Assembly (NCBI GenBank): GCA_964519305.1
Contig: CAZFHY010000001.1
Location: 442,132 to 506,131, forward strand
Reading direction: 5' to 3'
Source: Candidatus Undinarchaeota archaeon
GTDB taxonomy: Archaea; SpSt-1190; JASMDC01
DNA length: 64,000 bases
In this document: piece by piece, positions 18,633-28,624 of the stretch
Numbering within the stretch: the first letter of the stretch is position 1
Layout of the letters: each line of letters opens with the position of its first letter
Translations under genes and position numbers: made by a program
The notes under the pieces: generated by a model
The model's database searches: none
Seen by the model: the letters and a program-made list of their open reading frames with translations, nothing else
Told to the model about the DNA's origin: nothing

Positions 18633-21600
18633 ATGCTCACCACCACGCTCGTCCTCCTGGCTCTCCTGTCAATGAATCTCGCCCTGGCACCCTCTGCTTG
18701 CTCCCCGAAGCTGGAGCCGGGCATGGAGACCTGGTGCATCATGGAGACCGAGGGTGCGTCCGACGATTGTGAGTTGGAGGAAAGCTCTCCAGGAATGTTC
18801 TTCCAGTGCCGGGGCTCGGTGGGCCTCTACGACGGAGACAACGCTTGCTGGGAATCGGGCGAGGATTGTCTACCGGGCGAGGACTGTGAATGCGAGGACG
18901 AGTTCTCCGATGACGAGGCCGCTTGTGACTCCATCGCCATCTCAGGCCACAGCGTGGGCCACTGCGGTCCCCTGAGCATCGGTGGGGGCGACGGCGGCGG
19001 TGCGGACGAACAGTGCCGCCAGTCCTTCAAGATGAAGATCTGCACCTGGCAGTGCGCTTTCGGGGGCGACGGGTACGTGGGCGCGGTGTGCGTTGACAAG
19101 GGATATGGCGAGGCCAACGGCGGACCACGCCCCGACCTCAACCTCCGTCCCTGCGAGGAGAACCCCCTCACGGAGGGTGAACCGTACATCTGCAACACCA
19201 TGATCCCGGGACTCGGGAAGCCGGAGTATACCGGATACGAGCCCGATGAGCTCAACGTGAGCCTGCTCGACTGTCCCGAGGACGTGAGCAAGATCGCTGC
19301 TAACTACGAGAGCATGGCCGACTTCGTCGAGACCTCTATCGTCTATTACGAGAACTTCAAGAAGTTCTACACATCGCTGGAGAAGGACCTGCGCAACATC
19401 TACAACGCTGCGAAGAAGCAGTGCACTCTGTGCGAGAGCTCCATCGAGGAGTTCAACGACAAGTACGGTGGATGCGCGCTCGAGGTGGAGATCGGTGACC
19501 TCCCCTCGCCCAGCTCATGCTTCCAAACGTCCAAGTTCGCCTGCATGGACAAGGAGAAGTGCGTCGAGGGCAACAACGGGATGTCCATGTGTCAGTCGCT
19601 GTGCGATCCCTACCCGTGTAACTACGGGGACAACTGTGACACTCACGGTGTGCCCCGAAAGCCCGTGGGCGAGAAGCACGAGTGCTGGCACAACGACTAC
19701 TTCTGCGGTGACAACAAGGCCATCGGGCACAAGGACGACCATGGCGGCTTCAAGGGGTGCGACACTGGACGCGATACCGTCAATCCAAAGGGACAGATAT
19801 GCTGCTGCGTGCGGCCGTGCATCAACGAGGAGTTCGATCCCTACGGTTACATGAACGCGGGCTGCTACAGGCCTAACCACATCATCGCCGAGGCCTGGCG
19901 CTCACTGGAGACCAAGAAGGCCAAGAACAGCCGGCCGTCACCGCGCAAGATACGTAACTGTGCACACGAACTTGCCGACCTCCACGACGTGTGCGAGCTG
20001 GATGAGGTGAACGGGACACGCCTCAAGGACTACAATCCCGGGGACTACGCCTGGCCTCCGCCCCCAACCGAAGGGCACCACTGCGTCCACTCGCCCATCG
20101 ACTTCGCGGCGTTCCGCCCGCCGGCGTCCCAGGCAGAGGAGGACGAGAAGAGCTACAGAACGCCCTGCGAGGTGGAGTACCAGCTGGAGCGCATCCTCGA
20201 CTACCTTGGGCATATGCTCAAGGAGCTGCCCAAGATGATCGGCCAACTAGAGGCCGTCAGGGCCAAGTACCAGCTAAACGTTGAGCAGGGTGCGACCTAC
20301 ACCCATGTCCAGGATCACTTGGAAGAGCTGGCCGCCATCGCCCTGAGGATCGACAAGTTCGAGGCGGAGGATGGAAAGCCCGACCGTATCCGCAGTTCTG
20401 ACGAGTTCCAGGAGGAGACCACCGACATGCTCCTCTTCCTCCAGAACGACAAGCTCTTGGCCGACCTCACCACGTTCCGTCATAATTTCCCTTCCGAGGT
20501 CAGTAAGTTCTGCTCCGACGTGGAGATCCAGGACATCCACTTCCCGCCGGGCACGAACCCGCACCTGAAGTACAAGTCGGAAGAGGAGCCACCGAACGCC
20601 GATCCGCACCGCCAGTGGGCGATATTCTGTCGTAACTACAACGTCAAGGAGTGCGGGAAACGGCCCGAGGACAAAGAGCCCGGCGGCATGCCCCCGCTCC
20701 CCCAGCCAAAGCCGCCCGTCCCCGGGTGCGGAGGTTACCGTGGAGGGTGCGCTCCTCACGAACCGGCCATCGCCAACATCAAGGACATCAACATGGACGA
20801 GTGGGCCGAGGAGCATCTGGATACACTCGAGATCATCCGGGAGACCGATGTAGAGGACGTGTTCGTGGACACCCTTAGCTGCCTCGTCCATAAGATACCA
20901 AAGGTCTCGCTGTGCGAGGACGTGTGCAAGAAGTGCTATGGCACGACCATGGCGCACTGTCATGCCCAGCTCGAACTGTGCGTGTGCCGGCTGGGCACCG
21001 AGTGGAGGACGACCGCGTACGAGTGCGCTGATCCCACTCTCAATGACACCGACCGGGCGAGCATCCATGCCTGCTGCGAGGGGATGTTCGCAGACGTGTA
21101 CGAGCCCGGACCACGGTCACCTATCCCTTGGTCGGCCACGCGTGCCCTGTGCGGTGAGGGTGTGGAGGGCGACTGTCCGTTCAATCCCGAGCTGTGCGAG
21201 TCACCATCGCATGCCCTGAGCGGTGGACCGCTCTTCGACCGCTGTCAGACCGCGCGCTCCCCCATTGGGCTGTGCTGCCGGTACGGATTCGATGAACGAC
21301 CTGTAACGCTGAGGTGCATGGGCAGCTCCTCGTGCCGGACCGCATGCCATCGCCTGTTCGGTAGCAACCGCGAACGCACGGACGCGTGCACGCGTCGGTG
21401 CATGGGTGCCAAGGTGGCGTGCGAGCGGACCTGTGTCACTCAGTTCCCTGAGACCAAAGAGGCACGTGCCTGTGTCGATGACTGCTGGGAAGGAGAGGGG
21501 GAACGGGATTGGCCTGACACGACGTTCGAGTGCATCCTCAGTTGTCCGCGCGACGAGCGGGACACGGGGATTTGGGACATCTGTGCGCGCATGTGCAAGG

Positions 21601-23012
21601 CACTGACACCCGAGCTGACGGTGAGTTTAGCTACACTCCGTGGCCAGAGCGAGGTCCAGGCGCTCTATGGAGGTGAGAACGTGCGTTTCCGGGCGGATGT
21701 GGCCAACTCCGGATTCCTTCCATTCTACGGTCGGTCCGAGGTCAAGCTCCGGCTCTTCGATGCCTGCGACTGCCCATTCTGCCCGGAGGACGCCGTGTGC
21801 GAGTGCTCCTGCGAGGACCTGTTCTCCGCCATCATGGCCACAATCCCAGTCTCCTCCGTGGATCCTAACACCGATGTCACGCTACTCTCGAACCTGAAAG
21901 AGATGGACGAGGATCTGGTCGGTAAGACGGTGCAGCCGGTGCTCGAGGTGTACGACGAGCAGGGGAGGGCCATTGCCACGGCCATGGGTTCCATCTCGAA
22001 GGTGCTACCCATGGGCACTGTGGCCGTCCAGGACGCTTGGTTCACAGTGGACGGTGAACGAGCTACCAAGGCACATGCCGGTACCCGTGTCAAGGGGACC
22101 GTTACTGTGAAGTCCGCCCTCTTCCCACTTACAGTGTCCGTCTCCATGGTGGACTCAGAAGGACAAGAGGTCCCTGGATCACTGGCGTCGATCATGGTGA
22201 TGGACGTGCTCGAGGGCAGCCTGCTAGAGACGCGGGAGGTGGATACACCCGCAGAGTACGTCGGATTCGTGCTCCGACTCCGGGTGGAGGCCATGGACGA
22301 GAACAACGTGACGGTGTTCGATCAGGTCCTCCCTGAACAGGGCCTGCCCTCCGAATCCTGTTCCGGTGAGGTCATGACCTTCTGGTGTCTTGAGGACGCG
22401 CTCGAGTTCCGTATGGACTACCCCCAAGCGTATCTCGAGGTCACGCGGCCTGTGCTCAAGGTCTCCGAGGCAGGGTTCGAGACCGACGGGGGGCTCACTT
22501 CGGCGGTGTTCTATGAGACCACCCGTGTCCATGCCACCGTGGACCTGTCCGATATCGCGACAGTGCCCTTCGAGGGGATGGTGTCCGTCGCAGTAATCGA
22601 TGCCTGGTCACTGGCGGTCGAAGGGAGCAATGCCGACACACAGGTCGCTATCTGGGGTGAGGGATCAACGACCGTCATGTCCGGCCCCTTCATGGCCGAA
22701 CCGGGCAACTCCTATATGATCGTGGTGAGAGCCAGGGACGTTCACGGCCGTGAATGGGCCGTCGAACCGACGTCCCACGGTATCGTGAACGCGGACCTCT
22801 TCCCTCTCGCGCGACTCGAGGTACGGGAGCCGACTGTCGTACAGGGCGAGAGCGTGTTCATCGACCACGGCATCGACTACTCCGGCTGTATGCTCCGTGT
22901 GTCGTGCAACGACTGCCTGCCGACATGCACATTGTGGCTCGATCGGAAGAAGTGCCTCATCCGCACCGATCCCGGCTCCTGCGCCTGCGAGTGCACCGTT
23001 ACGGTCGGATAG
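18633..23012 (+). CDS. Giant secreted Cys-rich protein B, paralog of A
   Basis: Signal peptide MLTTTLVLLALLSMNLALA; shared blocks ELNVSLLDCPE, HIIAEAWR, GCGGYRGGC, AHCHAQL.LCVCRLGTEW.TTAYEC, CLPTCTLWL. Confidence 0.88.
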   Translation: MLTTTLVLLALLSMNLALAPSACSPKLEPGMETWCIMETEGASDDCELEESSPGMFFQCRGSVGLYDGDNACWESGEDCLPGEDCECEDEFSDDEAACDSIAISGHSVGHCGPLSIGGGDGGGADEQCRQSFKMKICTWQCAFGGDGYVGAVCVDKGYGEANGGPRPDLNLRPCEENPLTEGEPYICNTMIPGLGKPEYTGYEPDELNVSLLDCPEDVSKIAANYESMADFVETSIVYYENFKKFYTSLEKDLRNIYNAAKKQCTLCESSIEEFNDKYGGCALEVEIGDLPSPSSCFQTSKFACMDKEKCVEGNNGMSMCQSLCDPYPCNYGDNCDTHGVPRKPVGEKHECWHNDYFCGDNKAIGHKDDHGGFKGCDTGRDTVNPKGQICCCVRPCINEEFDPYGYMNAGCYRPNHIIAEAWRSLETKKAKNSRPSPRKIRNCAHELADLHDVCELDEVNGTRLKDYNPGDYAWPPPPTEGHHCVHSPIDFAAFRPPASQAEEDEKSYRTPCEVEYQLERILDYLGHMLKELPKMIGQLEAVRAKYQLNVEQGATYTHVQDHLEELAAIALRIDKFEAEDGKPDRIRSSDEFQEETTDMLLFLQNDKLLADLTTFRHNFPSEVSKFCSDVEIQDIHFPPGTNPHLKYKSEEEPPNADPHRQWAIFCRNYNVKECGKRPEDKEPGGMPPLPQPKPPVPGCGGYRGGCAPHEPAIANIKDINMDEWAEEHLDTLEIIRETDVEDVFVDTLSCLVHKIPKVSLCEDVCKKCYGTTMAHCHAQLELCVCRLGTEWRTTAYECADPTLNDTDRASIHACCEGMFADVYEPGPRSPIPWSATRALCGEGVEGDCPFNPELCESPSHALSGGPLFDRCQTARSPIGLCCRYGFDERPVTLRCMGSSSCRTACHRLFGSNRERTDACTRRCMGAKVACERTCVTQFPETKEARACVDDCWEGEGERDWPDTTFECILSCPRDERDTGIWDICARMCKALTPELTVSLATLRGQSEVQALYGGENVRFRADVANSGFLPFYGRSEVKLRLFDACDCPFCPEDAVCECSCEDLFSAIMATIPVSSVDPNTDVTLLSNLKEMDEDLVGKTVQPVLEVYDEQGRAIATAMGSISKVLPMGTVAVQDAWFTVDGERATKAHAGTRVKGTVTVKSALFPLTVSVSMVDSEGQEVPGSLASIMVMDVLEGSLLETREVDTPAEYVGFVLRLRVEAMDENNVTVFDQVLPEQGLPSESCSGEVMTFWCLEDALEFRMDYPQAYLEVTRPVLKVSEAGFETDGGLTSAVFYETTRVHATVDLSDIATVPFEGMVSVAVIDAWSLAVEGSNADTQVAIWGEGSTTVMSGPFMAEPGNSYMIVVRARDVHGREWAVEPTSHGIVNADLFPLARLEVREPTVVQGESVFIDHGIDYSGCMLRVSCNDCLPTCTLWLDRKKCLIRTDPGSCACECTVTVG

Positions 23013-23081
23013 GACCGGCTGGACGCGAGCACAATCCATTTAAAAGTGGCAGGTACTAGCTCTAGAGCAAGAGTGATTATC

Positions 23082-23750
23082 ATGGGATTCCTCGACGGGA
23101 TACCGTTCTTCGGAAGAGAGAAGGAGGACCAGGTGCTGACGCTGATCCGTAAGCACATGACCGTGGCCAACAAGGCCGTGGTGGCGCTGGAAGAGTTCTT
23201 CGACGCTATAGGTGAATGCGACAAAGAGACGGCCAAGGCCAAGCTCGCCGAGATACGGAAACACGAGAACGACGCGGACACATTCGTCCACAGCATACAG
23301 GAGCTCCTGTACTCAGGCGCGTTCCTGCCCGTGTCCCGCAGCCGCATCATCGACCTCGTGGAGCGGGTGGACGACGTCGTGGACGAGGCCAAGGACGCCG
23401 CCCAGATCGCCATGCTCCTTCTGGACCGCAAGTGCGATCCCAGTATAGCCTCTATGCTCAAGCGCATGACGGAGCTTGGGAAGGACGCTACCGAGCTGCT
23501 GCTCTTCGCCTATGACGCGCTCCAGGACAGGCGCCCAGAGGACACCAAGCGCGTGATCAAGCAGATCGCGTCCAGGGAGGTGGAGGCCGACCAGCTCAAG
23601 GGGGAGCTGTACGAGAAGCTCTATGAGATCAACGATCCCATCCTACTCTTCTTGGTAGCAGGCATCGCCGACGCCACCGCCGGCCTCACCGACGCCACTG
23701 AGAACGCATGCGACGTGCTGGCGATCATGCTCATCGTCGGAACCGCCTAG
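23082..23750 (+). CDS. DUF47 PhoU-like phosphate transporter accessory protein
   Basis: HENDAD, LYSGAFLPVSR, VDDVVD, EVEAD; upstream of PiT. Confidence 0.9.
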   Translation: MGFLDGIPFFGREKEDQVLTLIRKHMTVANKAVVALEEFFDAIGECDKETAKAKLAEIRKHENDADTFVHSIQELLYSGAFLPVSRSRIIDLVERVDDVVDEAKDAAQIAMLLLDRKCDPSIASMLKRMTELGKDATELLLFAYDALQDRRPEDTKRVIKQIASREVEADQLKGELYEKLYEINDPILLFLVAGIADATAGLTDATENACDVLAIMLIVGTA

Positions 23751-23769
23751 ACCACCTCTAAGAGCGACC

Positions 23770-24939
23770 ATGGACCCCCTCTCCCTGTGCATCATCCTGG
23801 CCGGCCTGTTCGTTGGCTGGAACATCGGCGCCAATGATGCATCGAACGCCATCGGCACCACCGTGGGCGGGGGCATCTTGACCTTCCGCCAGGCCGTCAT
23901 TATCGTCATCGTGTTCGCCATGCTGGGGTCGCTGCTGGAGGGGTACAAGGTCATGAAGACCGTCGGGAAGGGCATCGTGCCCCCTATCGCGTGCAAGGCC
24001 GACGACCAGTGCCTAAAAGTTGAGTACTACTGCGACCTCAAGGACGATACCACTGAAGGCATATGTCGGAGCAAGATCAACGGCCAGAAAATCATCTACC
24101 TGGAGAAGGACCGTCGAGCGGTCCTGGCGGCACTGATGGCTGCCGGTACATTTGTCATCTTCATCACCGCGCTGAAGCTCCCCACCTCCACAAGCCAGGC
24201 CATCGTCGGAGCCGTCGCGGGTGCCGGTATCGGCCTGAAGATGTTCGGAGGGATGACTACATCGATCAACTATCAGGTGCTCCTGAAGGTGTTCGCGAGC
24301 TGGGTGCTCACGCCCGTGGGTTCTCTCGTCATCGCCTACATCCTCTACTATCTCTTCGCCAACACCATCGCTAAGGTGGGCAACCAGGCGACGTCGGCCG
24401 AGCTCATCAAGTTACTAACCCTGCTAGCGGCCATCTTCGTCTCGTACAACATCGGTGCTAACGACGTGGCCAACGCTGTAGGCCCCATTGTCGGTGCAAA
24501 TATCCTGAGCGATGTCAATGTGGACTGGGAGTGGAGCTCACCCCAAGCAGGAGAGGTATCCCTCAAGCTGCATTTCCTACCGACACTGGTGGGTGCGTTC
24601 CTAGGGGGAATCACTATTGGGTTCGGGGCCGTGATGTTCGGGCGCGGTGTGGTCGAGACCATGGGCGGCGGCATCACCACCCTGGGTCCGCTGACGGCAC
24701 TGGCGGCGCAGTTCGCGTCAGCAATCACCGTCTACATATTCACCCAGCAGGGCATCCCCGTGTCCACCACCCAGGCCATCGTTGGCGGTGTCATCGGTGT
24801 GGGCCTCACCAAGGGCGTTTCCACGGTCAACATGCGAACCATCCGCAACATCATGCTCGGGTGGCTGGCAACCCCAACGTCCGCAGCGCTTCTCTCCTGT
24901 GGGTACTACTACCTCCTACGGTTCGTGTTCACCGGGTAG
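23770..24939 (+). CDS. pit: PiT family inorganic phosphate transporter with a Cys-rich loop insertion
   Basis: GANDASN and GANDVAN signatures, PTSTSQA, IPVSTTQ. Confidence 0.95.
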   Translation: MDPLSLCIILAGLFVGWNIGANDASNAIGTTVGGGILTFRQAVIIVIVFAMLGSLLEGYKVMKTVGKGIVPPIACKADDQCLKVEYYCDLKDDTTEGICRSKINGQKIIYLEKDRRAVLAALMAAGTFVIFITALKLPTSTSQAIVGAVAGAGIGLKMFGGMTTSINYQVLLKVFASWVLTPVGSLVIAYILYYLFANTIAKVGNQATSAELIKLLTLLAAIFVSYNIGANDVANAVGPIVGANILSDVNVDWEWSSPQAGEVSLKLHFLPTLVGAFLGGITIGFGAVMFGRGVVETMGGGITTLGPLTALAAQFASAITVYIFTQQGIPVSTTQAIVGGVIGVGLTKGVSTVNMRTIRNIMLGWLATPTSAALLSCGYYYLLRFVFTG

Positions 24940-25023
24940 CGCGCGGCCTCCCCAAGGATAGGCTTTTAATTATACGTCCAGCCCGGCTACTTCAAGGGAA
25001 CTGATTCCCGTAAGGTGACAATC

Positions 25024-25716
25024 ATGGCGTTCAAGATGATCTACGATGCGCTGATGCGCGGCAGTGCGCTGGAGGACGCGTTCAATGAGATGGACAAGAT
25101 GAACGAGCAGAGCAAGTCCATGTTCCGAGACTCGTTCAACTGCCTCCTTGAGGACAAGTGCAACATCGCCGAACGCATCTGTGGCGAGGACAAGCTCATC
25201 AACCGTCTGGAGGTCGAGGTGCGTATCAAGGTGCTCACCTATCTGGCTTTCAACACCTCCCCCGACCTCGCCGGTGCACTCTACCTCAACGCCATCGTCA
25301 TCGACTATGAACGCATCGGTGACTACTGCAAGAACATAGCCCAGCTCAAGCTACTCTATCCGACGATCCTGGACGACGATCAGTACCGCAAGGACGTCAT
25401 CGCCATATTCGGTCGCATCATCAAGATGTTCGACCTCACGCGCGAGGCGGTGCAGGAGGACGATAAGGAAAAGGCCAAGACGGTGATGGGAATGCACGAG
25501 GAGGGCACGAAGCGCAAGCACGCCGACCTCGCCCGCAAGCTCACCGAGGACAAGGACATCGATCCGAACAAGGCTATCGTTTACGCCCTTCTAACCAACA
25601 ACCTCCGCCGGATCTCGGCGCACCTGCGTAACGTGGCTTCTGGTGTCGTGCAGCCCGTGTCACAGATCGGTTTCAATCCGGAGAAAGACAACCTCGGTAC
25701 AGAAGACGAGGAGTAA
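25024..25716 (+). CDS. phoU: PhoU domain phosphate regulator
   Basis: EDKLINRLEVEVR, DYERIGDYCKNI, LRRISAHLRNVA. Confidence 0.88.
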   Translation: MAFKMIYDALMRGSALEDAFNEMDKMNEQSKSMFRDSFNCLLEDKCNIAERICGEDKLINRLEVEVRIKVLTYLAFNTSPDLAGALYLNAIVIDYERIGDYCKNIAQLKLLYPTILDDDQYRKDVIAIFGRIIKMFDLTREAVQEDDKEKAKTVMGMHEEGTKRKHADLARKLTEDKDIDPNKAIVYALLTNNLRRISAHLRNVASGVVQPVSQIGFNPEKDNLGTEDEE

Positions 25717-25748
25717 GAAAATGAGCCCGATCCCAAAACGGTGAGACC

Positions 25749-26858
25749 ATGAAAGAAGAGCATCCCCAGGTGATAAAGGACATCTTCCAAGTCATCACTC
25801 TGCTGCTCGCCATGTACCTCTTCATCCTGAGCATCAAGATGATGGGGACGTCGTTCAAGAACATCAACATCGGTCTCGTCGATGACCTGCTCATCACGGC
25901 CCAGAACCCCTTCATGGCGTTGTTCATCGGCATCTTCGCGACCTCGCTTATCCAGAGCTCGTCAACCATCACATCCATGCTCGTGGGGCTAGTGTCCAGC
26001 GGTGCAATGACGGTGAGCACGGCCGTCCCCATCGTCATGGGGGCCAACATCGGTACTTCCGTCACCAACACGATCGTCTCCTTCGCCCACGTAACGCGGA
26101 AAGAGGAGTTCAAGAAGGCCTTTGCCGGAGCGACCGTGCACGACTTCTTCAACTTCATGGCCGTAGGATTGTTGTTCCCCCTGGAGCTGGCCACCGGATT
26201 CTCGGAACATGCAGCCCATGCTGTGGCCGTCCGGATGGTGGACTCACGGGCCGCTGCCCTGGCGAATCCCATCAGTGCGATCACAAAGCCCGTGATCAAG
26301 CACATCCACGAGTACCTCTCCTACGAGTGGATGCTGCTCCTCTCGCTGGTTGTCCTGTTCATCGCCCTCAAGCTCATCGTGTCTATGATCAAGGAGCTCA
26401 TCCTCAACCGGTTCACCTCGTTCATCAACGAGTTCCTGTTCAAGAACGATGCGACGAGCTTCTCTTTAGGGCTAGTGCTTACAGGCGTCGTCCAGAGCAG
26501 TTCGGTGACGACCTCGCTGGTGGTGCCGCTAATCGGCGCTGGCGTGGTCACGATCTATCAGGTCTTCCCCTACATGCTGGGGGCCAACATCGGCACCTGC
26601 TTTACTGCGGTGATATCATCACTGGTCGCAGAAGAACACAAGCTGGCCGCCATGACGATCGCGTTCGAGCATTTGTTCTTCAACAGTGCCGGCGTGCTCC
26701 TGCTCTACCCCATCAAGCGGATCAGGCACATCCCCATCACCATCTCCACCAGGCTGGCCGAGGTCGCCACCCGGTCCAAGAAGGTAGCGATCCTCTACGT
26801 TCTGGGCATGTTCTACGGACTGCCCATACTGCTGATACTGCTATCGAAGCTGTTCTGA
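25749..26858 (+). CDS. Na/Pi cotransporter (NptA/NaPi-II family)
   Basis: Duplicated QSSS and GANIGT motifs, HDFFN. Confidence 0.93.
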   Translation: MKEEHPQVIKDIFQVITLLLAMYLFILSIKMMGTSFKNINIGLVDDLLITAQNPFMALFIGIFATSLIQSSSTITSMLVGLVSSGAMTVSTAVPIVMGANIGTSVTNTIVSFAHVTRKEEFKKAFAGATVHDFFNFMAVGLLFPLELATGFSEHAAHAVAVRMVDSRAAALANPISAITKPVIKHIHEYLSYEWMLLLSLVVLFIALKLIVSMIKELILNRFTSFINEFLFKNDATSFSLGLVLTGVVQSSSVTTSLVVPLIGAGVVTIYQVFPYMLGANIGTCFTAVISSLVAEEHKLAAMTIAFEHLFFNSAGVLLLYPIKRIRHIPITISTRLAEVATRSKKVAILYVLGMFYGLPILLILLSKLF

Positions 26859-26870
26859 ATACGGTAGTGC

Positions 26871-27863
26871 TCAGAGCGTTATGGCCCGTGATGACGCGGG
26901 CTCCATGGAGCCGATGCCCGCGTCCTGGGCCTTCACGATATGACCCACCCCTGTGGGATCCACATCGAGCTCGCGAGAGCCTGCTGCATCCACGGCCACA
27001 ACGTCATAGCCCGCGATGACAAGGTCGCGCTGCTCCATGATACCGTTCATGGGACCCCCGGTCACCATGGCCTCTGTGCCGTCCACGAACACGACGTCCG
27101 GCGGGACGACCCGCATGAGGTCCGCGATGCTAGACTGGATGTCCATGTGGAACGACTTCATCTCGGCCCGGTGTATGGTGCCCATCATGTTCTTCATACC
27201 AAGGGTGATGATGGACTGGCCATGGAGCTTGAGCTTGGGGACGGAAACCAGGAGGTCGGCGTCCATTATCTCCTTGGCGACGTTCACCGAGCTGAGCCGT
27301 AAGCTGTTCGGGACGTCCACCGAAATGCGCTCAGAGTCCTCAAGCGCCTTGAAGGGGACACCAACGTCGCCACATACTGTCAGGAGCCCGGTGTGATCCG
27401 CGGCCTGTCGGGTGGAACCCCCGGAAGAGGAATCAGCGACCAGTACCTCGGCACCTCGGTCGATGAACTCCTTGGCGAGCGCTCCTACGAACTCAGGGAC
27501 ATTACAGGCCTTCTTGGAGGCCTGGAGCAGGTTGACCTTGAGTACTACCTTCGTGCCCTTGGTGACACGGGAATCTAGGCCGATGTTCTCGAAAGCGGTC
27601 CGTACCCTTTCGGCCAACGAACCTCCGCGGACGGAGCAGAGCTGGACAAGGTCCTTCGGGGAAGCGGCCGGAGCGGCAGAGGGTGTTGATGGAGCGGAAG
27701 GCGGAGGAGTGATCCGCGTACGTGGTGTGCCGGGGGTGGACGGGATGACCAGACTCTTGACCGGGAGGAAGCGGTACGCGGCAAACACTGCCACTCCGAG
27801 GCCCAATCCCCATCTTATGAACCTGCGTCTCCCGATATGCCCTCCAAGGGATTGTTCCTCCAT
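26871..27863 (-). CDS. Tat-exported DUF362 domain protein
   Basis: GRRRFIRW twin-arginine signal; KVVLKVNL, SVPKLKLH, ITLGMKNMMG, DVVAVDA. Confidence 0.85.
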   Translation of the reverse strand: MEEQSLGGHIGRRRFIRWGLGLGVAVFAAYRFLPVKSLVIPSTPGTPRTRITPPPSAPSTPSAAPAASPKDLVQLCSVRGGSLAERVRTAFENIGLDSRVTKGTKVVLKVNLLQASKKACNVPEFVGALAKEFIDRGAEVLVADSSSGGSTRQAADHTGLLTVCGDVGVPFKALEDSERISVDVPNSLRLSSVNVAKEIMDADLLVSVPKLKLHGQSIITLGMKNMMGTIHRAEMKSFHMDIQSSIADLMRVVPPDVVFVDGTEAMVTGGPMNGIMEQRDLVIAGYDVVAVDAAGSRELDVDPTGVGHIVKAQDAGIGSMEPASSRAITL

Positions 27864-27925
27864 AGTAACGCCGTTAATCGTAATACGGTATCTTAAGGAT
27901 TTCTCTTTTGCCTGGGCGAGCAAGG

Positions 27926-28498
27926 TCAACCATCGATGCGGTCGAGCTCGAGCACAAGGTCCGCAGCAGGGAGCAGATCCTCGCTCCCGGGATGCTTACC
28001 ATCTATGGTGAACACGAACCGCGTTGTCGATCCCCTGGCGTCCGAGACTATTTCCCGCAGAAAATCGACCGTGCGCGCAACACCGTAATGCGTTGTCATA
28101 TGTGTGATCGCATCCCCGGCAAAGATGAGGGGCTCGTCCTGTGAGAAGCCCTGATGCGCGTAGTGGATGAAGGCGATCCGGTCCTTGATATGAGAGGGAT
28201 CTCGCTCGAAGGAGGGGGCGGTCCAATCCCTCCCGAGTTCGAGCACGTATACCGACGACGGGCGCAAGCCGTACCTCGCGCATCGCTCAAGGACCTCCTC
28301 ACGGTCCTTATCACAGGATAGGTAGAATACGCGGTAACCGCAGGTGGCCAAGAGAGCGAGGAGTCTGTGATACAGCTCGGTGCGGGCATCCGGCTCCCGT
28401 CCACGGACCAGAGTGAGCATGGACGTGGCGACCTGCCGGACGGCCGATGCCGAGGGGGTGGTATCTGGCTGGAGGATGGTCCTCCAATCCTGCGTCAC
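27926..28498 (-). CDS. KaiC/RecA-like ATPase-fold protein with degenerate Walker A (start uncertain; ORF open to 28603)
   Basis: LTLVRGREPDARTELY (no GKT), VFYLSCDK, IFAGDAITHM, ADLVLEL. Confidence 0.6.
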   Translation of the reverse strand: MTQDWRTILQPDTTPSASAVRQVATSMLTLVRGREPDARTELYHRLLALLATCGYRVFYLSCDKDREEVLERCARYGLRPSSVYVLELGRDWTAPSFERDPSHIKDRIAFIHYAHQGFSQDEPLIFAGDAITHMTTHYGVARTVDFLREIVSDARGSTTRFVFTIDGKHPGSEDLLPAADLVLELDRIDG

Positions 28499-28624
28499 TG
28501 TAATGAGACGCTCGCGTTTCTTTACCGTTCTCGCTCCCAATCTGAATGACACCGTTCCCCAGTTATAAGGACATGGAACGGTAAATGGAACAACATGGGA
28601 CAATCCATCATAGTTGTATCGGGC

